From assembly GCA_964016885.1 (NCBI GenBank), contig OZ024748.1:33046001-33110000 (forward strand): a stretch of DNA of 64,000 nucleotides. Reading direction: 5' to 3'. Below the pieces are notes generated by a model that was given only the letters and a program-made list of their open reading frames with translations, did no database searches and had not been told where the DNA came from. Numbering within the stretch: the stretch's first letter is position 1; every line of letters begins with the position of its first letter. This stretch comes from Eledone cirrhosa (lineage: Eukaryota). The translations under genes and the position numbers were made by a program. Positions 13,916 to 26,322 of this stretch are shown piece by piece.

Positions 13916-14843
13916 ATCATTATATTTCTGGTATATATTTTAAGAGACACAGCAGTTCAAATAGACCCAGTACATAACTGGTACATGTTTGGTGTTTTTA
14001 GAATTAAATAAAACCGATAAATGACTGTTGTTTATTTGGTTGCGGAGAGGATTTAGATGGATCCAGTACACAGCTGGAACTTATTTGATAGAAGAGTTAG
14101 ATGGGACCATTGTATAATTGGTACTTATTTAGGAAAGAAGAGAGATAGAATCAGCGCATTACTGGTACCTATTTTACCAAACCAGTGCCGGACGAAAGTA
14201 AAGGATGACCTCAACCTGAAGGGAGATAACTGTAGAATGTCAAACAATTTAATTCGGTACTTAACCTGTTCTCTTATTTTACGTAGTTGTTTAGCCCCAG
14301 GTCTATCGGTGCTGATCAAGCACACCCATTATCATAAACATTCCAATCGTGATCATCCTGTTGTTTTCCGATATGCTGGAAACCCAGGATCCACATTATC
14401 TAACGTGTCCCTTTCTTAGACAGAATTTGGCTGGGTATGATTTAAGGAAATTTGGCTGCTATTTTCAGTGGATTCAGTTACCACATAGAGGCCCTCAGTG
14501 AAAAGGGAATGATAGATTGCGAGAATCGGTAGAGAACCGGCATGAAGCTTTGTAGTATTTAGTTATGTCTTCCTTTATGTTGAAGCCAACCTCAACATTT
14601 CTCTTTCATCTTATGGGATTGAGAAAATAAAGTACCAGTTGCATACTAGAGTTCAATATAATTGGTCCCCTAACTCCATACACATACATACATGTTGTGT
14701 CTATGTAAAGAAGCATTATTATAGGTGTAGGCATGTCTGTGTGGTTAAGAAGTTCATTTGACAACAATGCGATTTGGGGTTTAGTCGCACTGCATGACAC
14801 CCTGTTAATGAAATTTGGAAGACAGAAATAGTGCGGAAGTCTG

Positions 14844-14978
<135 letters not shown>

Positions 14979-15195
14979 TAACAGATTAAAGTTTAAGCAA
15001 ATAAATATTTGCTCTACGGTTCTTATATATTTGATATATATTTATCCTTATCGAGCCCTCTTTGGATTTTAGTCTTCAAATTTATTATTATTACTATGTA
15101 TATATATACACATATATGAAAAGATTCAGGACCCCGAAGGCCGAGTTCCGGCCGCTTCAACAGCCAGATCCGGACCACATATATACATACATACA

Positions 15196-15229
<34 letters not shown>

Positions 15230-15693
15230 CATATATACATACATACATACATACATATATACATGTACATATATATATACATACGCACACGGACGGCCAT
15301 ATGCACATACATGCACATATGCATATTTTCTTACACACACATGCTTCCACGTATACATATATAAACAAAATTGTAAAATAAAACCGTAAAATAAATATAC
15401 AATATCCAATAAAAAATACATTATACAATAAAATAACAATATAGTATACAATATAATATATATATATATATTTCGTTTCTGAATTTGTTTAGCAAGATTC
15501 TTTATCTGAAATCGTGTGTTGAAACCGATATTGTTATACTTTGGGAGGGTCACGTTGCCAATAAGAAACACACGCACCAGTTGCTTTCACTTCAATTTAT
15601 TATATATTTATAAATTTATAAATTTACAAATCTACAAACTTATAAATTTTTGGTTGGTTGGTTGGTTCCACAACCAGATAGTTGTTTATATAT

Positions 15694-15738
15694 AGTCATA
15701 GTCCTTTCGTCACACACTCTGATACCTCTTCAGTGACT
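15694..15738 (-). ncRNA. Hammerhead ribozyme motif (helix II weakened)
   Basis: agtca-CTGAAGA-g gtatcagagtgtgtgac-GAAA-ggac-TA-tgact. Confidence 0.5.
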
Positions 15739-17570
15739 GGGGATTCCTTTCTTTGTTTCTGTGCCTTTCCTTTCTTCTGTCCTACGCCATTTTGTTTCTG
15801 TGTGTGTGTTGTGTGCTCAGTTTGCGCATGCGCCACATCCGGGTGTCTGTGTGTGTTTGTGTTCATTTATCTATTTATTTATTTATTTATTTATTTATTG
15901 TTGGTTGGTTGTTTGTTCTATGTGTGTGTGTGTTTTCATTTTGTCCTTAATTGTAAGTTGTGATGTTGCTGTTCCACTCATATTTTCTATTTAATTTTGG
16001 TTGTAATTCTTTTATGCTTACTGCCTCTGTAATTTGCCTAAACATTGCATCTTTTCTGTGTGTGGATTCTATTTTTATTTCTATGTTCTCTAATTTACCC
16101 CTGTGTTCTATCTTAGCATGTTGGTAGAGCACAGATGATTCTTTATTATCTTGAAGGTTTCGCCAGTGTTCATTTATTCGTTCCCCTATACTACGAGCTG
16201 TCTCACCTATGTACACTATATTTTTGTTTCTACATTGTCCTTCAGTACATCTTATGCTATACACTACATTTCTAGTTTTACAGTTAATATGGGGGCTTAT
16301 TTTACAGGTTATACATTTCTTATCTATACATGAGGGTCTTTGGAACGGGTATGTCTTGCTAATAAGTGTTTTTACGGAGGTACCTGGTCTTTCTACTATC
16401 TTAATATTAAGTTTATGTTTATTTAGGGCCCTTCTAAATTTGTAGGCTAGTTCGCCTCTAGGGGTTGTATTGATGAACATTACACTCTGCTATTTATTGC
16501 TATCATACCATGAGTTTATTCTATTGGCCTTGTTCCTAGTTCTTTCTATTCTATTCCAAAAGTTGCTCCTATACAAGGGGCAGGTCCCATTTATGTCATT
16601 ATTTACCATTTTTTCCCATTTGGTTCTGGCTCCTCTATACACTCTGATTCTATCACTCTGATTGTAGCCAGAGAACTGCATACGGTGGATGAAGTGTTGT
16701 ATGTGTCTCTCTAGTTCTTCGGGGTTGCACATGCGGGACACATTTCTCATCACCCGTACCAAATCCGCAATCAGTATGTTGATTTTGGTATGGTCCGAAA
16801 TGGCCGAGTTTCGATGGATCAGATGGTTGGGGTGTCTACTTGGGTAGTCTAAAGAACAGTCAGGAAGTAGAGAAAAACACAATGGAAAGCATCCAGCAAA
16901 TAGCAAACTCCATCCACCAGAGCATTAGAGTTACTATAGACTACCCAAGTAGACACCCCAACCATCGATTACCTGTACTAGACACAGAGCTCTGGTTAGA
17001 TACCATTAACAACCAAAAACAAATCCTCCATTCCCATTATGCCAAACCCATGACTTCCAAACATCTGATCCACCGAAACTCGGCCATTTCGGACCATACC
17101 AAAATCAACATACTGATTGCGGATTTGGTACGGGTGATGATAAATGTGTCCCGCATGTGCAACCCCGAAGAACTAGAGAGACACATACAACACTTCATCC
17201 ACCGTATGCAGTTCTCTGGCTACAATCAGAGAGATAGAATCAGAGTGTATAGAGGAGCCAGAACCAAATGGGAAAAAATGGTAAATAATGACATAAATGG
17301 GACCTGCCCCTTGTATAGGAGCAAATTTTGGAATAGAATAGAAAGAACTAGGAACAAGGCCAATAGAATAAACTCATGGTATGATAGCAATAAATAGCAG
17401 AGTGTAATGTTCAAATAAATAAATAAATAAATAAATAGATAAATGAACACAAACACACACAGACACCCGGATGTGGCGCATGCGCAAACTGAGCACACAA
17501 CACACACACAGAAACAAAATGGCGTAGGACAGAAGAAAGGAAAGGCACAGAAACAAAGAAAGGAATCCCC

Positions 17571-17615
17571 AGTCACTGAAGAGGTCACATAGTGTGTGAC
17601 GAAAGGACTATGACT
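17571..17615 (+). ncRNA. Minimal type I hammerhead ribozyme in PLE pLTR
   Basis: agtca-CTGAAGA-g-gtcaca tagtg tgtgac-GAAA-ggac-TA-tgact: 5-bp helix I, 6-bp helix II. Confidence 0.72.
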
Positions 17616-17792
17616 ATATATAAACAACTATCTGGTTGTGGAACCAACCAACCAACCAGAAATTTATAAGTTTGTAGATTTGTAAATTTATAAATATATA
17701 ATAAATTGAAGTGAAAGCAACTGGTGCGTGTGTTTCTTATTGGCAACATGACCCTCCCAAAGTATAACAATATATATATATATATATATATA

Positions 17793-18095
17793 GTTTAGCG
17801 AGGTTTTTTATATGAAATCGTGTGTCGAAACAAATATTGTTATACTTGGGGAGGGTCATATTTGTGTAATATTGCCAGAATTAATAACAGAACACATTCA
17901 CTGTTTGGTTGGTTTTCGCTTCTCGCTGTCTTTTATATCTGCGATCTAACTTAATCGGTCCTCAATGTTGCCATTGACTGACCGACGGTCAAAAATAATA
18001 CAGATACAATATAGACACAAACACATATATATAGTTTACATAATTTACATAAATCTTTCGTTGCACATCTGCAACATCGTCAGTGGTGTTATATT
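17793..18095 (-). mobile_element. PLE 3' pLTR fragment (family of 9180 element) with HHR core at 18045-18088
   Basis: Reverse complement of ~10985-11460 without the SINE; CTGACGA-t-gttgca gatg tgcaac-GAAA-gatt-TA. Confidence 0.8.
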
Positions 18096-18286
18096 TTTTC
18101 CTCCTGTTGTGTGATATTCTGACGATCTTCCAGTTTATTCCGAAATCTGTACAAAAGATTTGCTTTTGATTGTATACCTAAACTTTGGAGATTTTAAACA
18201 AAAAAACTAAGTTGTAATGGATAATATCACTGCTATTTCTAGCAGTTAGAGAGACTACGTAGAGGTTTTATTATTGATGTATAATA

Positions 18287-18473
18287 GGGTCGTGGATTGG
18301 CAATATCGGTAGAGGGCCGGACGCCATGCTTTGACGCATAGAGTTACGGCCCTTGCCATTCTGAGTTCAAATCCCGCCGAGGTTAACTTTGCCTTTCATC
18401 CTTACGGGGTCGATAAAATAAAGTACCAGTAATGTACTGGGTAATTTCTGGCCCTGTGCCAATAGTAGAAATA
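18287..18473 (+). mobile_element. tRNA-derived SINE with 17-bp TSD
   Basis: Same family as 11074; TSD attat(t/c)gatgtataata at 18270-18286 and 18474-18490. Confidence 0.85.
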
Positions 18474-18619
18474 ATTATCGATGTATAATAAAACCTCTAT
18501 GTAGTCTCTCTAACTGCTAGAAATAGTTTACTGAGTGATACTTTTTGATTTACCATCAATTAAATACGATTAGAACTGTGTCTGAAGGTATTAAATTATA
18601 TCAGGGACTTTTAACATAT

Positions 18620-18722
18620 GACACCGGTAAGACAGTTGAAACATTCCCAACGACACCGGTAAGACAGTTGAAACATTCCCAACGACACCGGTAAGAGAGT
18701 TGAAACATTCCCAACGGCACCG
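18620..18722. repeat. 32-bp minisatellite x3
   Basis: gacaccggtaagacagttgaaacattcccaac at 18620, 18652, 18684. Confidence 0.9.
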
Positions 18723-19574
18723 AGTATCTGCTGTCTTCATTATAACTTTAATTAATCTAATTATATCTTGTGTAACAATTATATATATATATATATACAC
18801 ACAATTTTAATTCCCTGACATATCTGTTCTTACTTTACAATTGTGTCTACTAAGAGTTCCATTACAATCTGTAGTAGTAAAACTACTATTTCACCAGAAC
18901 ATCTGCTATCAGTCATTTATAGACAATATATATATTTTAGACCTAATATATTTCCTATTAAATCTGTAGCTAAAGACATAAAGTCAGCCTCACTACTTCA
19001 TTCTAACAAGATACCAATTTATGACTAAAGATGAAGAAGTTACACCAACGTTAATATTGTGAAATAAAGCTGATAACATGTTTGAAACTTCTAATTTGAT
19101 AACAAAGAGATTATTTCTTTGGTTGTTTAGTAACAACTAACAACACAACACATTGATTATGTGTAAAGGAGGTAAGTTGACAAAGATTTACTTAATGTCT
19201 ATATTAATGTGTGTAAATAATATAATTATGTGAACCCTACAACGATCCAGTAATTAACCAGATTCCACTGTTACACGTGATATAAAATATATTGTTATCA
19301 TGACTGTCTTTATTATTTAAAATACCTCCGTCTATTTGATTATCTTGTTCGCTACCTTACATTATAAAATATAGTTTATATTTAGCTGTATCTTGTTATT
19401 GCTTTAAGTAAATTAAAGATATTTATAATATTTAAATTACCTCCGTCTATTTAATTATGTGGTTCACTACCTTACATTATAAAATATAGTTTATATTTAG
19501 CTGTACCTTGTTGTTTCAGGGAAGTTTTGTTCGTTTTAGTCTAAATCTGTTTTAATTTAATTTACTTCATCTAC

Positions 19575-20940
19575 ATCATCATCATAGTTTTACGTCAGTT
19601 TTTCAATCCTGGCATGGGTCCTGTTAAGCACATCTCACCACTCGCTTGTTCCTTCGTCATTTTCTCTGTGAGTCTCAACAATTTGAGATCAGCTCACCAC
19701 ATCTACCCTGGCCTCCCTTGGTCTACCTCTAGTACGGCTTCCCTCCTCTGGTATTCCATGGCACTTCTTTAACCAGTGATCACCATCCATGCATATCACA
19801 TATCCGTACCAAAGCAGTCTTCTCTCTTGCACACCACTTCGGTTTCCTCTGAAGTCCAATTTCTTCCTCATTTTATCCAAGCTCTGCCCTCCTCTCACAT
19901 TTACGTTGCACATCCAACGAAGCATGGTTGCTCCATTTCTCTCCAGCTTATGCATGTCTTCTGCAGTTACTGCCAATGTTTCACTTCCATGCAGTATTGC
20001 ACTTTACACACAGGCATTGTACAGCCAACATTTTTGTACGTAGGGAGAAACCTTATTTTCCAACAGTGTAAGTAGCTCTCTAAACTTCAATCCTATCCTC
20101 TCTTACGAAGCACCCTCCTCTGCTGCTAATTAGGTTACCTAGATAGCGGAAGCTATCATTGTGTACGGTTTATGTCTACTCCTTTTCTACATATGCAGTA
20201 GGGTCACTTATTCTCTAGTTCTTTTATGGAGTCAGCGATAAGGACCAGATCATTCACATAGACTGTTTCCTGTGAAAAGCCATTCTTAAACCCATTGGTT
20301 ACGGCCTGGAGAACTATGATGAACAGCAGTGGGTTGTGAACTGAGCCATGATGAACACCTACCTGTACATTGAATTCCTCACTAAACTCCCTTCCTACTC
20401 TCACTTTACTGACAGCTCTTCTGTACATGGCTTGCACTGCTCTCACAAGCCATTCTTCTACACCTAAATTTCTGAAGGACCACCAGATAACATAGTAAGG
20501 TACTCTGTCAAAGGCCTTTTCTAGATCTATAAAAGCTAAATATTGCAGCTTAATCTTGGCTAGGAATGTCTTTTGTAGTTGTGTCACTAACAAGTTTCAT
20601 CTGTAATCTCAAAGAGAAGGTCAATTATATGTGTGTGTGTGTTGAACATAAAACAAAAGTCTAAGATTGCTTCTTAATTTATTCTCTACATTCTTCAATC
20701 TCTCATAGTAACCTTTCCAGGCCTCTTTCTTTTTAGCATCAGTGGTGCTAAGTGTACCAGTGTCATTTCTAACACCTTTCCCTGTCTTGCAATGTGGAAC
20801 ACTTCACACCTCTGATTCTCACGTCTCAAGACTTTGGCAAATTTTCTTTTTTCAGCCTCTCTCTCTGTTATGTATACCTGTCTTTTAGCTTCTCTCTTAG
20901 CTACCTGGTCCTGGTCTGATACTCCTATTTTTCCAGTCTT
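19575..20940 (-). mobile_element. RTE LINE fragments (decayed)
   Basis: ORF pieces 19689-19976, 20204-20593 (LAFIDLEKAFDRV), 20695-21009; tail at ~19575. Confidence 0.85.
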
Positions 20941-21724
20941 TCCATGCCTGTCATTTATCTTTAACCCTTTATAATTTAAACTGGCCGTATCCAGCCAGAA
21001 TTCTCTCACCTCGGCTGTACTGGTCGCTCATATTGATGTTAATGTATTGTCGTCAAAATAAGTAATATCAAAATCTCATAGATTCAATATTATGTGCGAT
21101 AAAGACTTTACCATGAAAATATAAATAGTAAATATAGAGTAATGTAAATGCTACAGGGTTAATAGCTCTATCTACTGTGCTGTTTCACCACTAGGTCACC
21201 CTCTGCCTGGCTGGTACTTTGTTCTACCCACAAGTCTCATCAATTATTCCAAAGAAATTGTCAACTATATATGCATTTGTGGGTATTGAACATTGAAAAT
21301 AAAACAAAAGTCTGAGATATGGTTCATTGTTTACGATCACTTCAGAGGGTTGATTGATCATGGTAAATCAATATATTGATATGGTGTGATTGATCAGGGA
21401 TTTTGAGACTAGAAATAGTTAGTGACATGACAACTACCTGTTTGTCAATACATCAACTAAATCGTAAAACAATGAACTAATTAAGAACATATCTTTGTCT
21501 CCAGTTTTATTTTCATTGTTCAAAACACACACACACATATATATAAATGACTTTGTAACTCTAAAAGAATCTTTGAAGGAACCTTATGTGATGAGATCCT
21601 ACTACAAAAACTATAACTTTCACCACCCAATCTTGTTGAAATCATCTCTTCAAGGCTGCAATGAGTTCTAACAATGTTATCGGTCTCTACCTAAACACTT
21701 GAATACTAGTATATATATATCATA

Positions 21725-22995
21725 ATCTCATTTTACGTCCGTTTTTCCCTGCTTGCAAGGATGGGATGGGTCTTATTCAGCATCTCTCCACTTGTTACGG
21801 TTCTCTGTCATCTCCTCTGTGAATTTCAGTGATCTAAGGTCCTCTCCCACCACCTCCGCCCATGTTTTACGTGGTCTACCTCTTCTACTGGGATTTCTGG
21901 GCACTTCTTTACCAGGGGTCATCCTCCATGCGCATCACATGTCCATACCATCTCAGTCTTCTCTCTTGCACACCCTCTTATACCCAGTTTTTTTCTCAAC
22001 TCGTCTATGCTTGGTTGTTCACACACATTGACATTGCCCATCCAACGGAGCATGCTTGCTTCATTTCTCTCCAACTGTCGCATATCCTTTGCAGTTGCTG
22101 TCCATGTCTTACTACCATGCAGCATCGCGCATCTCTCACAGGCATCATATAACCGTCCTTTCGTATGCAGGGAGAAACCCTTCTTTGTCAACAGAGAAAG
22201 CAGCTCCCTAAACTTTTCCAACCCGTCTTTATTCTGGATACTATAGCCTTGGAACACCCCCCTCCCATGCTAATCTGATCACATAGGTACCGGAAGCTAT
22301 CAACCACTTCTATAGAACCCACCTGCATTTGAAAAATGCGTCTATCACTGCGACTTCTACTGTCTAATTTCCCTGTTCATCTACTGCATATGTAGTTTTC
22401 CCTACCTGTTAGTTTGCCTACTACCCCACTACATCTCTTGTGCACCCAAGATCTGCATTGCGTACATTTTATAGAATTTATGCCAGTTCCTTTTCTGCAT
22501 ATCGAACATAGCCATTTCTCTGATGGAATCAGAGTTTTGTCCTCTCTTCCACTTATCAACACTTTTGTTTTAGCTATGTTCTCTCTCAGTCCTCTTGCTT
22601 CCAACTGCTGTTTCCATAGGCAGAATTTATTCTCTAGCTCCTCTACTGATCATCAGCATAGAGAAGTTCCCATGGGCATCCAGTCTTAAACTCCTCTGTT
22701 ATGGCTTGGAGGACTATAATGAACAAGAGTGGGCTGAGGACCGAACCTTGATTTACACCTACTTGCATCTGGAATTCCTCACTAAACTCCATTCCTATTC
22801 TCACTTTACTGACAGCACCCCTGTACATAGCTTGCACTGTCCTTACAAGCCATTCCTCTACACCTAGTTTCATTAGGGACCACCAGATGACAGATCGGGG
22901 TACCCTATCAAAGGCCTTCTTTAGTTTAACAACAGCTAAGTATAGTGGCTTATTCTTCTCTAATAACCTCTCTTGCAGTTGCCTCACTACCAAAC
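21725..22995 (-). mobile_element. RTE LINE 3' half (decayed)
   Basis: ORF pieces with QGSVLSP, YADD, and Cys/His cluster CSIC..CTQC..HKRC..CSR. Confidence 0.88.
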
Positions 22996-23029
22996 ATATA
23001 CAATAAAATATAAGTGCGTACAACGCATA

Positions 23030-24390
23030 TAACTGTAAAAAAAACCCACGAATATATCACCAACACATCAAACCAACCATAATACTAAAATAAACCACAA
23101 CAAACCACCATCTCCTTCACATATAACAAGTCAAATAAATTCCACACCAAATTTGACTAACTCCCTCGATATAATATTCACGAATGGTTGTAACTGTAGA
23201 AACAAAAGAAATTGCCCATTAAAGGGAAATTGTCTTATTAATAACATAGTCTATAAATGTAAAATTAGCACTAATGACTCCACTTATTCATATATAGGAG
23301 CTACATCTAACCAATTTAAAGTAAGATTTAATACCCACAAACATAGTTTTAAAAATGCTGCATTAGCTAATACAACATCCTTGGCTGAAACAATTAATAA
23401 TTATAGAAAAAAGAATATCGATTACAACCTGACCTGGAAGCTGCTCAAAAGGGCCACCCCTTATCAAAATAACAGATATGAGTGTAGATTATGTTCCCAG
23501 GAACTTTTTGAAATAATGAAATCTAAGGATGAAATAATGAAATGTATTAAATAAGCGACAAGAACTAATTTTATCTTGCAATCATAGAATTAGAAAAACT
23601 TTCAAATATTATAAACCTAATTAATATACACCTTACACTTATATTTTACATATTATAATTTGTTTCTTTAATTTAGTTAACCTATAATTAGTACTTTACT
23701 ACAGAGATCTTCATAATTTTATTTCCCTCTTACAGCTCTCTTTTCCTAAAATTAATACCTAAAAGTATACATATAAATTAATTTAATTTCCTGTTATGAA
23801 TCTAGATTCCTTGTAGTTTATATAAGATTGGTATTTCTAACTACGACCCTTATCCCAAAATTTTATTTTCCTTCGTTTTTAACAACATTCTTTAATAACA
23901 TCTAATTCTTATTTATCACATCCATATGAAGTAATATAAATTTATCTCTATAAGTATACCTATCAATTAATTTAATTTCTTGTTATAGATCTAGATTCCT
24001 TGTGGTTTAAATAAGATTGGTATTTCTCACTTACCCTAAAATTTTACTTTCCTTCATTTTTAACACTATTCTTTAATAACATCAATTTTCATGTACCTTT
24101 CACCCGGCTTGACCTCTTTTCATCCCCAAAGTATTCTTTCTATTCAAAACATAAGTAGGCACCCCTCTACCCCTAAATTAAATTTCTATTACTACTATTC
24201 TATCAACTCTTACTACTTTTCTATTGGTCAATTCAAAAATCTTTTCCCAAACAGACCTATTATATTAAATCTTTGTTGTTTTTTTTCAATAAACAAATCT
24301 CATCATTTCTGAAGACAGCATATATATGTGAAGGTGTGTATATTTCCTCTGATAGTTTGTAAGAGTTTTACATAGATCTATATAATATAT
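23030..24390 (+). mobile_element. Penelope-like element 3' fragment (GIY-YIG endonuclease)
   Basis: ORF 23153-23554 CNCR..CPL.G.CL..NIVYKC..YIGAT..FK.R...HK.SF...W..L......CRLC..E; AT-rich 3' region; boundaries approximate. Confidence 0.82.
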
Positions 24391-24401
24391 ACCAACACAC
24401 C

Positions 24402-26100
24402 AGGTCATGAAAGTAACAGAAAGAGTTATAGCACAGTTGATTAGGGACCGGGTGAAAATAGACGAGATGCAATTTGGGTTTGTACCAGGAAGAGGCACCA
24501 CTGATGCCCTCTTCCTTGTGAGGCAATTACAGGAAAAGTACCTAGCTAAAAGTAAGCCACTCTACTTGGCATTTGTCGACCTTGAGAAAGCCTTTGACAG
24601 AGTTCCACGTGCTGTAATCTGGTGGGCTCTTAGAAAACTAGGAGTAGATGAATGGCTTGTGAAAGTGGTACAAGCCATGTATAGGGGAGCAGTCAGCAAA
24701 GTTAGGATTAGCAATGAGTATAGCGAGGAATTTAGCGTACAGGTTGAGGTCCACCAGGGCTCTGTTCTTAGCCCCCCTCCTGTTCATCATAGTCCTGCAG
24801 GCAATAACGGAGGAGTTTAAGACCGGATGCCCATGGGAACTCCTGTATGCTGATGACCTCGCACTCATAGCTGAATCTATGGTAGAACTAGAGAATAAAT
24901 TCCAAACTTGGAAGCAGGGACTAGAAAGAAAGGGTCTCAAAGTCAACATGACAAAGACTAAGGTCCTTGTAAGTAGACGAGAAAACAGAACCCAGATCCT
25001 CTCAGAGAAATGGCCTTGCTCAGTATGTAGGAAAGGTGTAGGTAGGAACTCCATTCTCTGCCCCAAATGCAAACAATGGGTACACAAGAGATGTAGCGGG
25101 ATCCTAGGAAGCTTAATTAAGAATGTAGGCTTCACATGCAGCAGCTGTGCTGAGACAGCAAACAGCCACAGGAAACAAGTACCACAAATCTCTGGGAGGA
25201 CTCTGTAGAAACAGTAGACAGCTTCTACTACCTAGGTGACCGAATTAGCAGCGGAGGTGGGTGTTCAGAAAGTACAATAACTAGGATAAGAACGGGATGG
25301 AAGAAGTTTAGGGAACTACTACCACTGCTAGCTGCAAAAGGCTTCTCCCTCAGAATGAAAGGCAGACTGTATGATGCGTGTATCCGAACAGCAATGTTGC
25401 ATGGTAGTGAGACCTGGGCGTTGAAGGTGGAAGACTTACGTAGATTAGAGAGAAACGAAGCCTCCATGCTCCGATGGATGTGTAACAGTAATATACGTGA
25501 ACGACAAAGCATAAATGAATTGAGAGAGAGACTGAGCACAAGAGGAATCAAATGCTGTGTGCAGGAGAGGCGGTTGCGCTGGTATGGGCATGTGATGCGT
25601 ATGAAGGATGACAGCTGCATAAAAAGGTGCAGAGCACTAGAAGTTGATGGAAACCGCGGAGTGGGGAGACCCAAGATGACCTGGGATGAGGTGATAAAAG
25701 CGGACCTTACCCAATTACACTTCTCAAAGGCAATGACACACGACCGTGACCTCTGGCGTCACACAGTAATACAGAGTACCCGACCTCCCATGGGTACAAG
25801 CTGAAGCATATAGACAATATGCCCCCACACCCCCCACCGCAAGGTGGTCGTGGAGGTGCCATGCAAAAAAGCACCCAGCCCACACTGTAAAGTGGGCGTG
25901 TAGGCGCCACGAAAAAGCACCCAGCACTCACTGTAAATGAGGTTGGTGTTAGGAAGGGCATCCAGCTGTAGAAATCAAGCCAAATCAGTTCCTGTATGAG
26001 CAAGGCATGGTCAGCCGACCAGACACTGCCCACAACAGGACAACCCGTCTAACCCATGCTAGCGTGGAAGAACGGACGTAAAACGGTGATGATGATGATG
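24402..26100 (+). mobile_element. RTE LINE, 5'-truncated, few frameshifts
   Basis: ORFs 24407-24820, 24714-25208 (YADD), 25355-25804; tail gctagcgtggaagaacggacgtaaaacggtgatgatg. Confidence 0.92.
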
Positions 26101-26322
26101 ACACATATATATCCTAGAAACGATCGTAAAATGATGAATTTTTTAATATAAGGAACTTGTTCTTTGTTTTTATTAATTTATCTTAACTCTGTTTTCCTAT
26201 GATTTCCATCGAAAATTTTTGAATGCATCTTCTCTTTTCATGATATTTGGATTACATTGAGTTCTTCATACGGATTGGACACTACCGTATATTTTGTTAG
26301 ATTTATCTATATATATATTTAT

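Larger units (their letters stand above)
15455..17772. mobile_element. Penelope-like element in inverted (head-to-head) configuration
   Basis: Left arm (-) 16848->15455: RT C-terminus + GIY-YIG (15947-16480: VVYSIRC..YIGETARS..HW..EA..LN) + 3' UTR; right arm (+) 16840-17772: the same RT piece and 3' UTR, with GIY-YIG deleted at ~17411; flanked by (TA)n. Confidence 0.88.

Noticed and set aside
18119-18150. CTGACGA...GAAA hammerhead-like spacing
   Set aside because: Helix II (tcttcc..ttcc) and helix I cannot pair
18620-18722. CRISPR-like repeat (32 bp containing gttgaaac)
   Set aside because: Units are head-to-tail with no unique spacers, there are no cas genes, and the context is eukaryotic
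24309-24365. Possible HHR remnant at 3' end of the 23030 PLE
   Set aside because: CTGAAGA present but no GAAA or pairing helices
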